Of a DNA stretch of 37,973 nt, positions 21,998 through 31,500 are shown piece by piece. The stretch's first letter is position 1; each line of letters starts with the position of its first letter. The DNA lies in the NCBI GenBank assembly GCA_046483785.1, contig JAWOCN010000095.1:1-37973 (forward strand), given 5' to 3'. The notes beneath the pieces are model-generated. The model was not told where the DNA came from, made no database searches, and worked only from the letters and a program-made list of their open reading frames with translations. Both the position numbers and the translations under genes were made by a program. Source of the DNA: Opitutales bacterium (GTDB lineage Bacteria > Verrucomicrobiota > Verrucomicrobiia > Opitutales > Coraliomargaritaceae).

Positions 21998-22444
21998 ATG
22001 CCAGACTCAAAACGCACCATCTCCATCGGCACCGACCATGCCGGCTTTCCTCTGAAGGCACCGATTATCGCCCTGCTGCGCGCGCGCGGCCATGAGGTCA
22101 TCGACTGTGGTTGCCACTCGGAAGCATCCTGCGACTACCCGGACTTTATCCGCCCTGCCGCCGAGGCCGTCGCCAGCGGCAAGGCCGATTGCGGCATCGT
22201 GCTGGGCGGCAGCGGCAACGGGGAAGCCATCGTCGCCAACAAGGTGAAAGGCGTGCGCTGCGGCGTTTGCTGGGATGAGTGGTCGGCCCAGCTCACCAAA
22301 GAACATAACAATGCCAACTGTATCGCCATCGGCGCGCGCCCGGTCCCGGAGGAACTGGCGCTGAAAATCGTGGGCGTCTGGCTCGATTCCGAGTTTGCGG
22401 GCGGTCGCCACCAGCGCCGGATCGAGAAAATAGAAGTGGACTAA
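21998..22444 (+). CDS. rpiB: Ribose-5-phosphate isomerase B
   Basis: IGTDHAGF.LK, DYPD, GGSGNGE.IVANKVKGVR, HNNAN, F.GGRHQRRI. Confidence 0.93.
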   Translation: MPDSKRTISIGTDHAGFPLKAPIIALLRARGHEVIDCGCHSEASCDYPDFIRPAAEAVASGKADCGIVLGGSGNGEAIVANKVKGVRCGVCWDEWSAQLTKEHNNANCIAIGARPVPEELALKIVGVWLDSEFAGGRHQRRIEKIEVD

Positions 22445-22511
22445 AGCAGTCGCGGCTTGAAAGTTCCTCAAGCTGTGCTCTGCTACTGACAAACAAGAAT
22501 TAATTAAAACC

Positions 22512-23090
22512 ATGTCCGAAAAAGAAAAAACCAAAGAAGAAAAAGAATATCCGGTCAAAATCCAGGAGACTTTTCTGGAGGAACGTAAGGTCTTCCTCTG
22601 GGGCGAAGTGAGCGACAAGTCGGCCCGCGACGTGACCGAGAAGCTGCTCTACCTCGAAACGAAAGGTCCCGGCAAGGAAATCACTTTCTATATCAACACA
22701 CCCGGTGGCTCCATTACCGCAGGCATGGCGGTCTACGACACCATGCGGCTGATCACTTCGCCGATCAAGGTCGTGGTGACAGGTATGGCGGCGAGCATGG
22801 GCTCGATCCTCCTGTGCGGGGCGGACAAGGGGAAGCGCCTGCTCTACCCGCACTCCCGTGTCCTCATCCACCAGCCGTTGATCTCTGGCCAGATGGTGGC
22901 CGTGGCGGTCGACATTCATATCCAGGCCAAGGAAATGGAGCGCTTGCGCGACGAGCTGAACCTCATCCTCTCGGAGAAGTCCGGCCAGCCCTTGGAGAAG
23001 ATCCAAAAAGACACGGACCGGGACTTCTACATGACCGCGCCCGAGGCGATCGAGTACGGCCTCGCCGATGCGGTGGTGGAGAAGATTTAG
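22512..23090 (+). CDS. clpP: ATP-dependent Clp protease proteolytic subunit
   Basis: YINTPGG, GMAASMG (Ser), LIHQP (His), DRDFYM (Asp), EYGL.D. Confidence 0.95.
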   Translation: MSEKEKTKEEKEYPVKIQETFLEERKVFLWGEVSDKSARDVTEKLLYLETKGPGKEITFYINTPGGSITAGMAVYDTMRLITSPIKVVVTGMAASMGSILLCGADKGKRLLYPHSRVLIHQPLISGQMVAVAVDIHIQAKEMERLRDELNLILSEKSGQPLEKIQKDTDRDFYMTAPEAIEYGLADAVVEKI

Positions 23091-23155
23091 CGGGCCATGG
23101 GGCGGGCAACCGCCCCGCAGTGGCTAAAAACCGGTAACTGCTGACCTCTTTCCGC

Positions 23156-23695
23156 ATGAACACCGAAGAACGGCTGGCAAAATACCTGGACCAGGCACCA
23201 CGGATCGACGCCTCCGCTTACGTCGCCAGCGGGGCCGTGGTCATCGGGGCCGTCCGCTTGGAGAAAAACGCCAGCGTTTGGCACAACGCTGTCCTGCGCG
23301 GCGATATCAACCGGATCGAAGTCGGTGAAGGTTCCAATATCCAGGACGGCACCATCGTCCATCTGGCCGACGACTACGGGGTGAAAATCGGTCGCTACGT
23401 GACGGTCGGCCATGCCGCCATGATCCACGCCTGCGAAATCGGCGACGAGTGCCTGGTCGGCATGCAGGCCACCGTCCTCGACGGGGCCGTCGTCGGTCGG
23501 CAATCCATTGTCGGAGCGGGTGCCCTCGTAACAAAAGGCACGCAAATCCCGGAAGGCTCGCTCGTGCTGGGCAGCCCGGCAAAAGTGGTGCGCCCGCTCA
23601 GCAAGGCCGAACGCTCGGGGCTGAAAGCGATGGCCGAAAAATACGTCACGGTCTCCCGGGAACACAAAAAACGATTCGCCGACCAGGGCCGGTAG
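23156..23695 (+). CDS. Gamma carbonic anhydrase family (YrdA-like) hexapeptide-repeat protein
   Basis: VLRGD, NIQDG..VH, TVGH.A.IH.C, GSPAKVVR. Confidence 0.9.
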   Translation: MNTEERLAKYLDQAPRIDASAYVASGAVVIGAVRLEKNASVWHNAVLRGDINRIEVGEGSNIQDGTIVHLADDYGVKIGRYVTVGHAAMIHACEIGDECLVGMQATVLDGAVVGRQSIVGAGALVTKGTQIPEGSLVLGSPAKVVRPLSKAERSGLKAMAEKYVTVSREHKKRFADQGR

Positions 23696-23865
23696 CCGCA
23701 GCGCGGAGCACGCAAGGCCTCCATCCGAACAAGCCTCGCCCCTCGCTACGGCGCGGTTCTTCCGGCATCCCGAGTTCAGCCGCCCAATTCCCCGAGCATA
23801 ATTCTTTGCCGAATTGGGGAAAGCGGGCTTGCAAAGCAGCGGCAAAGTTATCTGCTAAAGGCATC

Positions 23866-23884
23866 AATTGAGACTTAATCTCAT
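23866..23884 (+). promoter_or_regulatory. Putative Fur-type iron-responsive operator upstream of feoA
   Basis: AATTGAGACTTAATCTCAT: TGAGA-N5-TCTCA palindrome just before the feoA ATG; TTGCAA -35-like hexamer at 23829. Confidence 0.6.
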
Positions 23885-23890
23885 CGTGCC

Positions 23891-24115
23891 ATGCAGCTAA
23901 GCCAGATTAAAAAGGACGGAAGATTCCGAGTCATCGAAGTGAATCCGGAGAACGAGAGTGTTTCGCGGCTCATGTCCTTGGGCCTGTTGCCGGGCCAGGA
24001 AATACGTCTCACGCACCAGGCGCCGCTCGGCGATCCGATCGCGGTAAGTTTCGATGGCTGCCACATGAGCCTGCGCCTAAGCGATGCGGCGGAAGTCGAG
24101 GTCGAGGCTGTCTGA
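23891..24115 (+). CDS. feoA: Ferrous iron transport protein A
   Basis: RLMSLGLLPG, APLGDPI, LRLSDA; directly upstream of feoB. Confidence 0.92.
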   Translation: MQLSQIKKDGRFRVIEVNPENESVSRLMSLGLLPGQEIRLTHQAPLGDPIAVSFDGCHMSLRLSDAAEVEVEAV

Positions 24116-26311
24116 ATGAAGGACGGGGACGACAGTTTCCGGGTGGCCTTGATCGGCAACCCCAACACGGGCAAGACGTCGCTTTTTAATGCACTCACCG
24201 GGCTGAAACAACGCGTCGGCAATTACTCCGGCGTGACCGTCGAGAAAAAGGTCGGCAGATGGGACCTGGGCGATCGACAAACGGTGGAGTTGGTTGATCT
24301 GCCGGGCACCTACAGTCTGAGCGCCAAGTCGATCGACGAGCGCATCGCCGTCGATGTCTTGAGCGGGCATATCGAGGGCGAGTCTCCGCCGGACCTGGTG
24401 ATCGTGGTGGTCGACGTGGAAAATTTGCAGCGCAATCTCTTTCTCGCTTCCCAGGCGGCCGAGTTGGAGGTGCCCATGGTGATCGCCCTGAACTGCTGGG
24501 ACGTCGCCGAGCGCAAGGGTTTGAAGATCGACTGCAAGCTGCTGGAACAACGCCTGGGCGTGCCCGTTGTCCCGACGGTCGCCAATCGTCGGCGGGGCGC
24601 GGATGAACTGAATACCGCCGTCCTTGAGGCGCTCCGAAAACGCCCGAAAATGATCCGCCCGTCCTGGCCCGCCCCGGTCCGGGAAAGCCTGGAGCAGCTG
24701 CGCACGGAACTTGTTGAGAAAAAACAGGAAGCGCTAACCGAAGGCGAGCTGATGCGGCTCCTCTTCGATAAGAACAGCGCCGTCGTCAGCCGACTGAAAA
24801 CCCCTCCGGCGACTGCCGCCGCCATCGTGCGGTCCGCCCGGGACAATCTGCACAAAGGCGGCTACAACCCCGACGCCGCCGAGTCGCTCCTGCGCTTTCG
24901 CTTCCTCAATCCGCTGTTATTGGACATCATCGAACGGCAAGCCAAGCTCAAGAAACGGAGCCGCTCGGAAAGCATCGACCAAATTCTCCTCCATCGTTTC
25001 TGGGGCCTCTGCGTCTTCGTGGCGATGATGTATGTCGTCTTCCAGTCGGTCTATACCTGGGCCGGCCCCTTCATGAGCTTGATCGAGGGGGCCACCGGTT
25101 GGCTTCAGGGGCTGGCCTCGCGGGCCCTGGAGAGCACCCCCGTGCTGCAGAGCCTCGTCGTGGACGGAATGATCGGCGGCGTCGGTGCCTTTGTGGTTTT
25201 TCTGCCTCAAATCCTGATCCTATTCCTCTTTATCGCCCTCCTTGAGGAAACGGGCTACATGGCCCGGGCCGCCTTCCTCATGGATAAGCTTTTTCAATGG
25301 TGCGGTCTGAACGGGAAGAGCTTTGTGCCGCTGCTCTCGAGCTACGCCTGCGCCATCCCCGGCATTATGGCGACTCGGACGATCAGCGACCCCAAGGCGC
25401 GAATGATCACGATCCTGATCGCGCCCCTGATGAGTTGCTCCGCCCGGCTCCCGGTTTACCTCCTGCTTATCGGCGCCTTCGTCGAGCCGCTTTACGGGCC
25501 CGCCGTGGCGGGGGCGGTGCTCTTTGCCATGCACTTTGTCGGTGCGTTGCTCGCCGCGCCGCTGGCCTGGCTGCTCAACCGCACCCTCAACAGAGGCCGC
25601 CCGCCCCAGCCTTTTATTATGGAGCTGCCCCACTACCGGGTGCCGAGGGTGAAGAGTATTTTCTGGCGCATGTATGAGAGCGGGAAGGATTTCGTGGTCC
25701 GGGCCGGCACCATCATCTTCGCCATGACCGTCATCATTTGGGCGCTGCTTTATTTCCCAAGGCCCGCTGACGTCCCGCTTCAAGTCGCTCGGGACAACGG
25801 AGTTGAAATCGTCGAAGGTTGGGACGAGGCGACGGCCGAAGACGATATCATCGCGCAATTTGAAAGCCAGATTGATGCCGCTTACCTCGAGCAGAGCTAC
25901 ATGGGCCGCTTCGGAAAATTCGTCCAACCCGTCTTCGCGCCCGCCGGATATGATTGGAAAATTACGGTGGGCGTGCTGGCCAGCTTCCCCGCCCGCGAGG
26001 TCATCATTTCCACCCTGGGCATCACCTACGCCCTGGGCGGCGAGGTGGACGAAGGCTCCAAAGACCTGCGGGAAGCCTTCAAAAAAGCGGAATGGAAAAG
26101 CGGCCCCCGGCAGGGAGAGCCGGTTTACAATCTGGCCGTGGCCCTCTCGATCATGGTTTTCTTCGCCCTCTGCATGCAGTGCGGTGCCACTGTGGCCGTG
26201 ATCGCCAAAGAGCTGAACTGGAGCTGGGCGCTGGCCAGCTTCTTCGGCCTGACCTTGATCGCATGGGGCGCTGCCGTTACCGTCTATCAAATCACCATCC
26301 GGCTGATATGA
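24116..26311 (+). CDS. feoB: Ferrous iron transport protein B
   Basis: G1 GNPNTGKT, VGNYSGVTVE, DLPGTYSL, LEETGYMARAAF, MSCSARLPVY, FIMELP.Y; polytopic C-terminal half. Confidence 0.96.
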   Translation: MKDGDDSFRVALIGNPNTGKTSLFNALTGLKQRVGNYSGVTVEKKVGRWDLGDRQTVELVDLPGTYSLSAKSIDERIAVDVLSGHIEGESPPDLVIVVVDVENLQRNLFLASQAAELEVPMVIALNCWDVAERKGLKIDCKLLEQRLGVPVVPTVANRRRGADELNTAVLEALRKRPKMIRPSWPAPVRESLEQLRTELVEKKQEALTEGELMRLLFDKNSAVVSRLKTPPATAAAIVRSARDNLHKGGYNPDAAESLLRFRFLNPLLLDIIERQAKLKKRSRSESIDQILLHRFWGLCVFVAMMYVVFQSVYTWAGPFMSLIEGATGWLQGLASRALESTPVLQSLVVDGMIGGVGAFVVFLPQILILFLFIALLEETGYMARAAFLMDKLFQWCGLNGKSFVPLLSSYACAIPGIMATRTISDPKARMITILIAPLMSCSARLPVYLLLIGAFVEPLYGPAVAGAVLFAMHFVGALLAAPLAWLLNRTLNRGRPPQPFIMELPHYRVPRVKSIFWRMYESGKDFVVRAGTIIFAMTVIIWALLYFPRPADVPLQVARDNGVEIVEGWDEATAEDDIIAQFESQIDAAYLEQSYMGRFGKFVQPVFAPAGYDWKITVGVLASFPAREVIISTLGITYALGGEVDEGSKDLREAFKKAEWKSGPRQGEPVYNLAVALSIMVFFALCMQCGATVAVIAKELNWSWALASFFGLTLIAWGAAVTVYQITIRLI

Positions 26312-26454
26312 TTGTCCTCGAATACATCGTCGTCGCCCTCGTTCTGGCGCTGGCTCTGATCTATCTGGTCAAAGCCTTTCGTCCGAAGTCCAAGCAAGGC
26401 GGTTGCGGCTGCGGGACCACGCATTGCAAGGTGGCCAAGCCGAAGCTCAAATAA
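26308..26454 (+). CDS. FeoB-associated small Cys-rich membrane protein (48 aa)
   Basis: ATGA overlap with the feoB stop; TM helix followed by GGCGCGTTHC. Confidence 0.75.
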   Translation: MIVLEYIVVALVLALALIYLVKAFRPKSKQGGCGCGTTHCKVAKPKLK

Positions 26455-27421
26455 AAAGCGCCGCCAGCCAGGCGACTCCGATGAGCATGAGCGTCACCAA
26501 GCCAATCCACCTCCCATAGCGGTCGAGCCTCACAAAAGCCGCTTGCCGGGTCGCGCACAGGAAGCCGCCGACACCCCCGCAGAAAAAGCCGCTGATATGG
26601 GCGGCCACATCGATTCTTGCATCCAGGCCGTCGCCGATGCCCAGCAGCCCCAACAAGGTCAGCCCGCCAAAGGCCGGCAGCAACCAGCGGGGCATGGTCC
26701 ATCGTTCCCCCGGTTGCATGAGGGCGACCCAGAGCCCAATGCCCGTCATCAAGCCCAAGCCCCCGAAAACCGCCGTCGAGGCACCGACGGATAAATGCGC
26801 CTCCGGATGGTGCACCCAGGCGTTCAACACATTGCCCGCCGCCCCGCTAAGAAGAATCAGCAACCAGGCCGCCCCCGCCCCGAAAAAACGCGCCAGGAGG
26901 AAGGCAAAACCGATTCCGGCAACTAAATTGGAAACCAGGTGGACAATATCACCATGGAGGGTGAGGGCGGTCACGGCCCGCCACCACTCGCCGTTTTCGA
27001 CCATCCTGACAGCATCGACCCGGCCCGCCGACTTGATGGGAAAGTAGAATTGGGCCGCGAAACAAAGGCTCAAAAGCAGCCCGTAGAGCACAAAACTCCA
27101 CTGACTCACACGCAACTCTTGATAAGGAGGCTGCTCCCTGTGGCGTGGTCGGGTCCGCCCCCCGAGCCGCTGCATCGTTTCCAATTCCCGGCGCACCGCC
27201 GGCAAATTAGCCTCGGCGACACATATCGTATAGGCATCCTCGTGCGGCAACAACCAGTAAGCCTGGCCCATCGCCAAAATCGCCAGCCCCGCTTCGTGCG
27301 CCTGCTGCGTCGATGCAAAGACCGCAACAGGCGACCAACCCGGGGGTGGGTCAAAATCCTCCGGAACCGGGAGGCCGGGTAGAAGGTCTTTCTCACTCGC
27401 CACAACCCGATGGTTTGTCAT
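26447..27421 (-). CDS. Rhomboid family intramembrane serine protease
   Basis: GEWWR..TALTLH, HLVSN, VGAS (Ser), AAHISG (His); extra N-terminal soluble domain. Confidence 0.9.
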   Translation of the reverse strand: MTNHRVVASEKDLLPGLPVPEDFDPPPGWSPVAVFASTQQAHEAGLAILAMGQAYWLLPHEDAYTICVAEANLPAVRRELETMQRLGGRTRPRHREQPPYQELRVSQWSFVLYGLLLSLCFAAQFYFPIKSAGRVDAVRMVENGEWWRAVTALTLHGDIVHLVSNLVAGIGFAFLLARFFGAGAAWLLILLSGAAGNVLNAWVHHPEAHLSVGASTAVFGGLGLMTGIGLWVALMQPGERWTMPRWLLPAFGGLTLLGLLGIGDGLDARIDVAAHISGFFCGGVGGFLCATRQAAFVRLDRYGRWIGLVTLMLIGVAWLAALFI

Positions 27422-27578
27422 ACTCTCCCCGAATCTCAACATTTAACCTCCACATTCGCCTGCATGGTTGGCTCGGCAGGGGCCTGCCGCATAACACCGC
27501 TGTAAGCATCCACCTCCAAACTCTTGACCTGCGAAGCTCTGGAAGCGAAGCAGGCCCAAACTCTAACCCATCGCAATT

Positions 27579-28376
27579 ATGATCAAGAAACTCCTCATCG
27601 GCATCCTCGCATTAGCCCTCATCGCCGCCGTCCTCATCTACTTCCTCGGCGCCGGCCTGCTGAACAGCAGCGTCAAAAAGGGGGTGGAAACCGTCGGACC
27701 AAAGGTCACGCAAACTTCCGTCACACTCGAATCCGTCAACCTCGCGCCCTTCTCCGGGAGCGGCACGCTCAAAGGTCTCATTGTCGGCAACCCCGAAGGT
27801 TTCGAGAGCGAAAATATCTTTGCCCTGGGCCAAGTCGACATCCAGTTCGATACCAGCACCCTCTTCAGCGATACCATCGTGATCGATAAAATCCATGTCG
27901 TCGCGCCCGCCATCAGCTACGAAAAAAAGCTCAGGACCTCCAACATCAAGGAACTGCAAAAAAACATCGAGGCCTTCACCGGCCCGCCCGATGAGACTGA
28001 CAAGGAACCCGCCCCCGAGACCGCAGCCGAGAAGCAAGTCGTCATCCGCAAGCTCATCATCGAAGAAGGCAGCATCTACGTGGGCGCCCTGGGGAGCGGT
28101 CAAACCGTCAGCCTCCCCCGAATCGAAATGGATGACATCGGCGGAGGCGGCGAGCGAATCACCCTCGCCCAAGCCATTGACCTGATCCTGAACAAGCTGG
28201 TGCGGAACATCGGCCCCGCCATCGCCAACGCCGGCGAACTCGGCAAGAAAGCCGCCGAAGCCTTCAAAACCCAGGGGCTCGAAAAAATGGATCAGGCCAG
28301 CGACAAAGCCGGCGAGGCCGCCAACGAGGCTGTCGACAAAGCCTCCGAAGAAATCAAAAAGCTCTTCGGGAATTAG
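27579..28376 (+). CDS. AsmA-like/DUF748-type protein with N-terminal membrane anchor
   Basis: N-terminal TM, beta-rich body (VTLESV, GLIVGNPEGF, IVIDKI, SNI..L), helical tail ending KKLFG. Confidence 0.6.
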   Translation: MIKKLLIGILALALIAAVLIYFLGAGLLNSSVKKGVETVGPKVTQTSVTLESVNLAPFSGSGTLKGLIVGNPEGFESENIFALGQVDIQFDTSTLFSDTIVIDKIHVVAPAISYEKKLRTSNIKELQKNIEAFTGPPDETDKEPAPETAAEKQVVIRKLIIEEGSIYVGALGSGQTVSLPRIEMDDIGGGGERITLAQAIDLILNKLVRNIGPAIANAGELGKKAAEAFKTQGLEKMDQASDKAGEAANEAVDKASEEIKKLFGN

Positions 28377-28467
28377 GCGAGCCAAATACTACACATTCAC
28401 AAGCAAGAATCCCTCACTTACAGAGCTGCCCTTCTATTTATTTGCAAGGTCGCTTCAGGGTTAGGGG

Positions 28468-28574
28468 GAATGGCGCTAACTTTAGAAAATTTGCAGCGCC
28501 CCATCGCCGCTGATCTCTAAGCAACACCAGTGTCGCTTCTACGACCAAGACCAAAGCTTAAGTTAGCGCCATTC
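28468..28574. mobile_element. MITE-like 107-bp element with perfect 15-bp terminal inverted repeats
   Basis: GAATGGCGCTAACTT (28468-28482) and AAGTTAGCGCCATTC (28560-28574); no coding capacity; no clear TSD. Confidence 0.5.
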
Positions 28575-28577
28575 GGT

Positions 28578-31500
28578 TCAGGGGACCTCTGTTGTTTCCA
28601 CTGAGTCCACAACCACACGAATGAATCTTGTCGGCGAGCCTGCCACGTCGGTATTATCGCGAACAGTGATGCGGGCTGAGTATCCTTGATCTAAGACGTT
28701 CAGAACGTTTGCTTCTTCAATGAGCCCGCCGTCGCCAGTAAGGGATGCGCTGCCGACTGATTCCGTGAATGGTGGCGTAATCGTAAGAAGCACGTCCGGG
28801 TTTGGAAAATTAACATCACTATCTGCTTCAATCGTGTATTCCAAGTCTGACGCTCGCGTGACAAAATCGAAGGTGACACTGAAAAACTCAGCTCCTTGCT
28901 CTTCGACAACACCGTAACTGCCCGGGAACTGGCCACCTGTGGTGTCGGTATCAGTAGGATTACGATTGAAGGCGTAAGCGAGGAAATTGGACACCTCACT
29001 GGGGGTTCCGGTTTCATCTGCGGTAATTCCGTAAAGTGCTTCCCAATCTGCTTCGCTGACAATTTCCGGCTGCACGTTTATTCCGAACGCACCCTCGTCA
29101 GCATCAGTATTGATTTGCGAAATATCCGATAAGAGTCCCTCAAACGGGTCCAAAATCCGCCAAGGTAGACCGGATGGAATCACCCTTGCCGGTGATTCAC
29201 GCACGATGGCGGACTGTGCGATGTCGTCATTGGCATCCAAATCGACTTCAATGCACCAGAGATATTCGGAAATCACCCGATCTTCGGGAAGCAGCGCGGC
29301 AAAGCGCGCCCCACTGGGAAGTGCCAACTCGACGTCGAAATCAAGGACCTTCCCCTCCGGCCTCTCTTCGCTGCGCCCCTCCATAAGCTCTTGCACGGTA
29401 AAGTCTCCCAGATTGACCGATAAATCAAAAGCATCGAAGAATGCATCCACATCCGGATCGGGAAACTGCGCATCCGCCAAGTCTTCACGCAAAGCACCTA
29501 CCAGGTCGATCTTGATCGTCCACGACTCTCCCGCTTCGATACGCCCCAGGCCAATGTTCTGCACGCTGAAGCGCAATCGCATCGGCGATTCGGTATTGTA
29601 GAATTGCGCTTCATCCACATCAAAAGCGATTGCTCCACCCTCGCGCGGGTCCAAGTGATTAGTCTCCCCGTCGCTTCCCTCATCGACGAGACTCGCATCC
29701 GGATTGTAGATGCGTAGGGCTGGCAGGTGCGTCACGACCACGTCGCGATTCTCCGAGATCACAATGTTATTCGACTCGCTGAATTCCGTCACTTCTTCAT
29801 TCGAATCAATTTTGGCGATCAGGTAGTAGTTATCTTCCGGGATCGAGTCGCCGAGTTTAATCGGGCCGATAAAGCGGATCAAATTACCTGATAGCAGATC
29901 GCCTTCCACCTGGCTGACCGTGCCGAGAACAATGTCATTGCCATTACCGTAAACCCGGTCGGTGGAAAGGCGGACTTCCATATCTGCTGTGGTAAAATTC
30001 GTGGAAGTCACACTTTCTCCCTGATTGGTGGCCTCGACGGTAATATCGAGATATTCGGTACCAAGGAGTTGATCCGGCGCACCGGCGATTCCCTCGACAT
30101 CGAGGATGTATTCACCGGCCGTATAGTTCAGCGAGGTGAGCACGAGATCAGGCTCATTGTTATCTTCGATTCGCAAATCATCGATGTAGGCGAAATCATC
30201 GCTTGTCGCAGCACCTTTTGTGTAGCGCCAAGTCACCGTGCCATCATCGGGAACAAGGACCGCTGGATCAATCTCTGCCATCGCCACGTCACCGGAGATT
30301 GAAGCGACTTCAACATCGTCTACCAACACCGAGAGCACATTTTGATCGCTCCCGCTGAAAACCCGCCAATCGAAACGAACCAAACTCGAGGTGGGCACGG
30401 TCAGACTGAACTCGGCGAACTCACCTTGCTGAAGTTCCGGAGCCTGGGCACCATCACCGTCGGTAAACATAAAGTTATCGTCCACACCGGTGTTCCCGGA
30501 GTTGTCACGACCAAACCAAAGCGCGTCGCTGTCCGGATTTTGACTGATAAATGGAACACCGGGTGTTAGCGCAACCGCGTCGCCATCTTCGAAAGCGATG
30601 TTCGAAGTGCCGTCGTTCAACGCTTCATAGAGCGAAATACCGGAAACCTCCAAAATGGCTGAACTGGAGAAGAATACATTGTTGGCCTCACCGTTTGTTC
30701 CCGTGCCGTCGGGTGCCAATCCTTGTTCGCTAACATCGTTGTCCGTGTCAACGACGACACCGATAAAGTAGTCAGCGTTTGCCAGTCCATAAGGCAAAGG
30801 TGCACTGAACATGACCGGGCTCAGTGAATCGCCCGAGGCCACATCCGAAGAAACTGCTACGCTGCCTGACCCTAGAAGCACCGAAGAAGACGAGGACAAA
30901 TCATTTTCCTCGTCGGTCCGGGCGAGGTAGACCTGATAGTCAAAATTACTCCCCGAACTCAAAACACCGTCGCCGATATTCGAAAGGGTGAGGTCGATAT
31001 CCACAGAATCACCGAAATCATAGGGCATGTCGAAGAAGTTGATGGAACTGGCATCGCCGAAAAGATCTGGTCTACCGATTTGAATAGAAGCTTCTTCGGT
31101 GAACTTGGAATTATCCACCTCAGTTTCGTTCGATTCAGAAATCCGGCCACTCGACGGATCCGCCGCCGACCAATCGACGTAAGCGCCCAAATAATAATAT
31201 TCCAGATCGTAATCCGCTGCCGGCAGCGTGAGGGAATCCGCAGTGCCAGGAGAGGTTGTGTAGGCGTTGATCGTTGAATTACTATAACTACGGGACTCTC
31301 CTTCTCCAATGCCCGTGTCGTCGGTGATCGTCAGTAAAGTGACTGCGGCCGTTTCGGCCCAATCGGCATCGGGGAGCAGACGGACTTGGACATCAAAGGC
31401 GGCCCCCGGCTCGATCGCCTCACCTGCGTTTACGATATCAACTGACCAGGTATTGATCGTGTCGCCGGCTTGGTAGCTCACGCTACCATCTACACTGACA

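Noticed and set aside
26447-27421. Rhomboid as a rhombosortase for the giant protein
   Set aside because: The giant protein lacks a GlyGly-CTERM TM tail and the genes are separated by a divergently oriented gene
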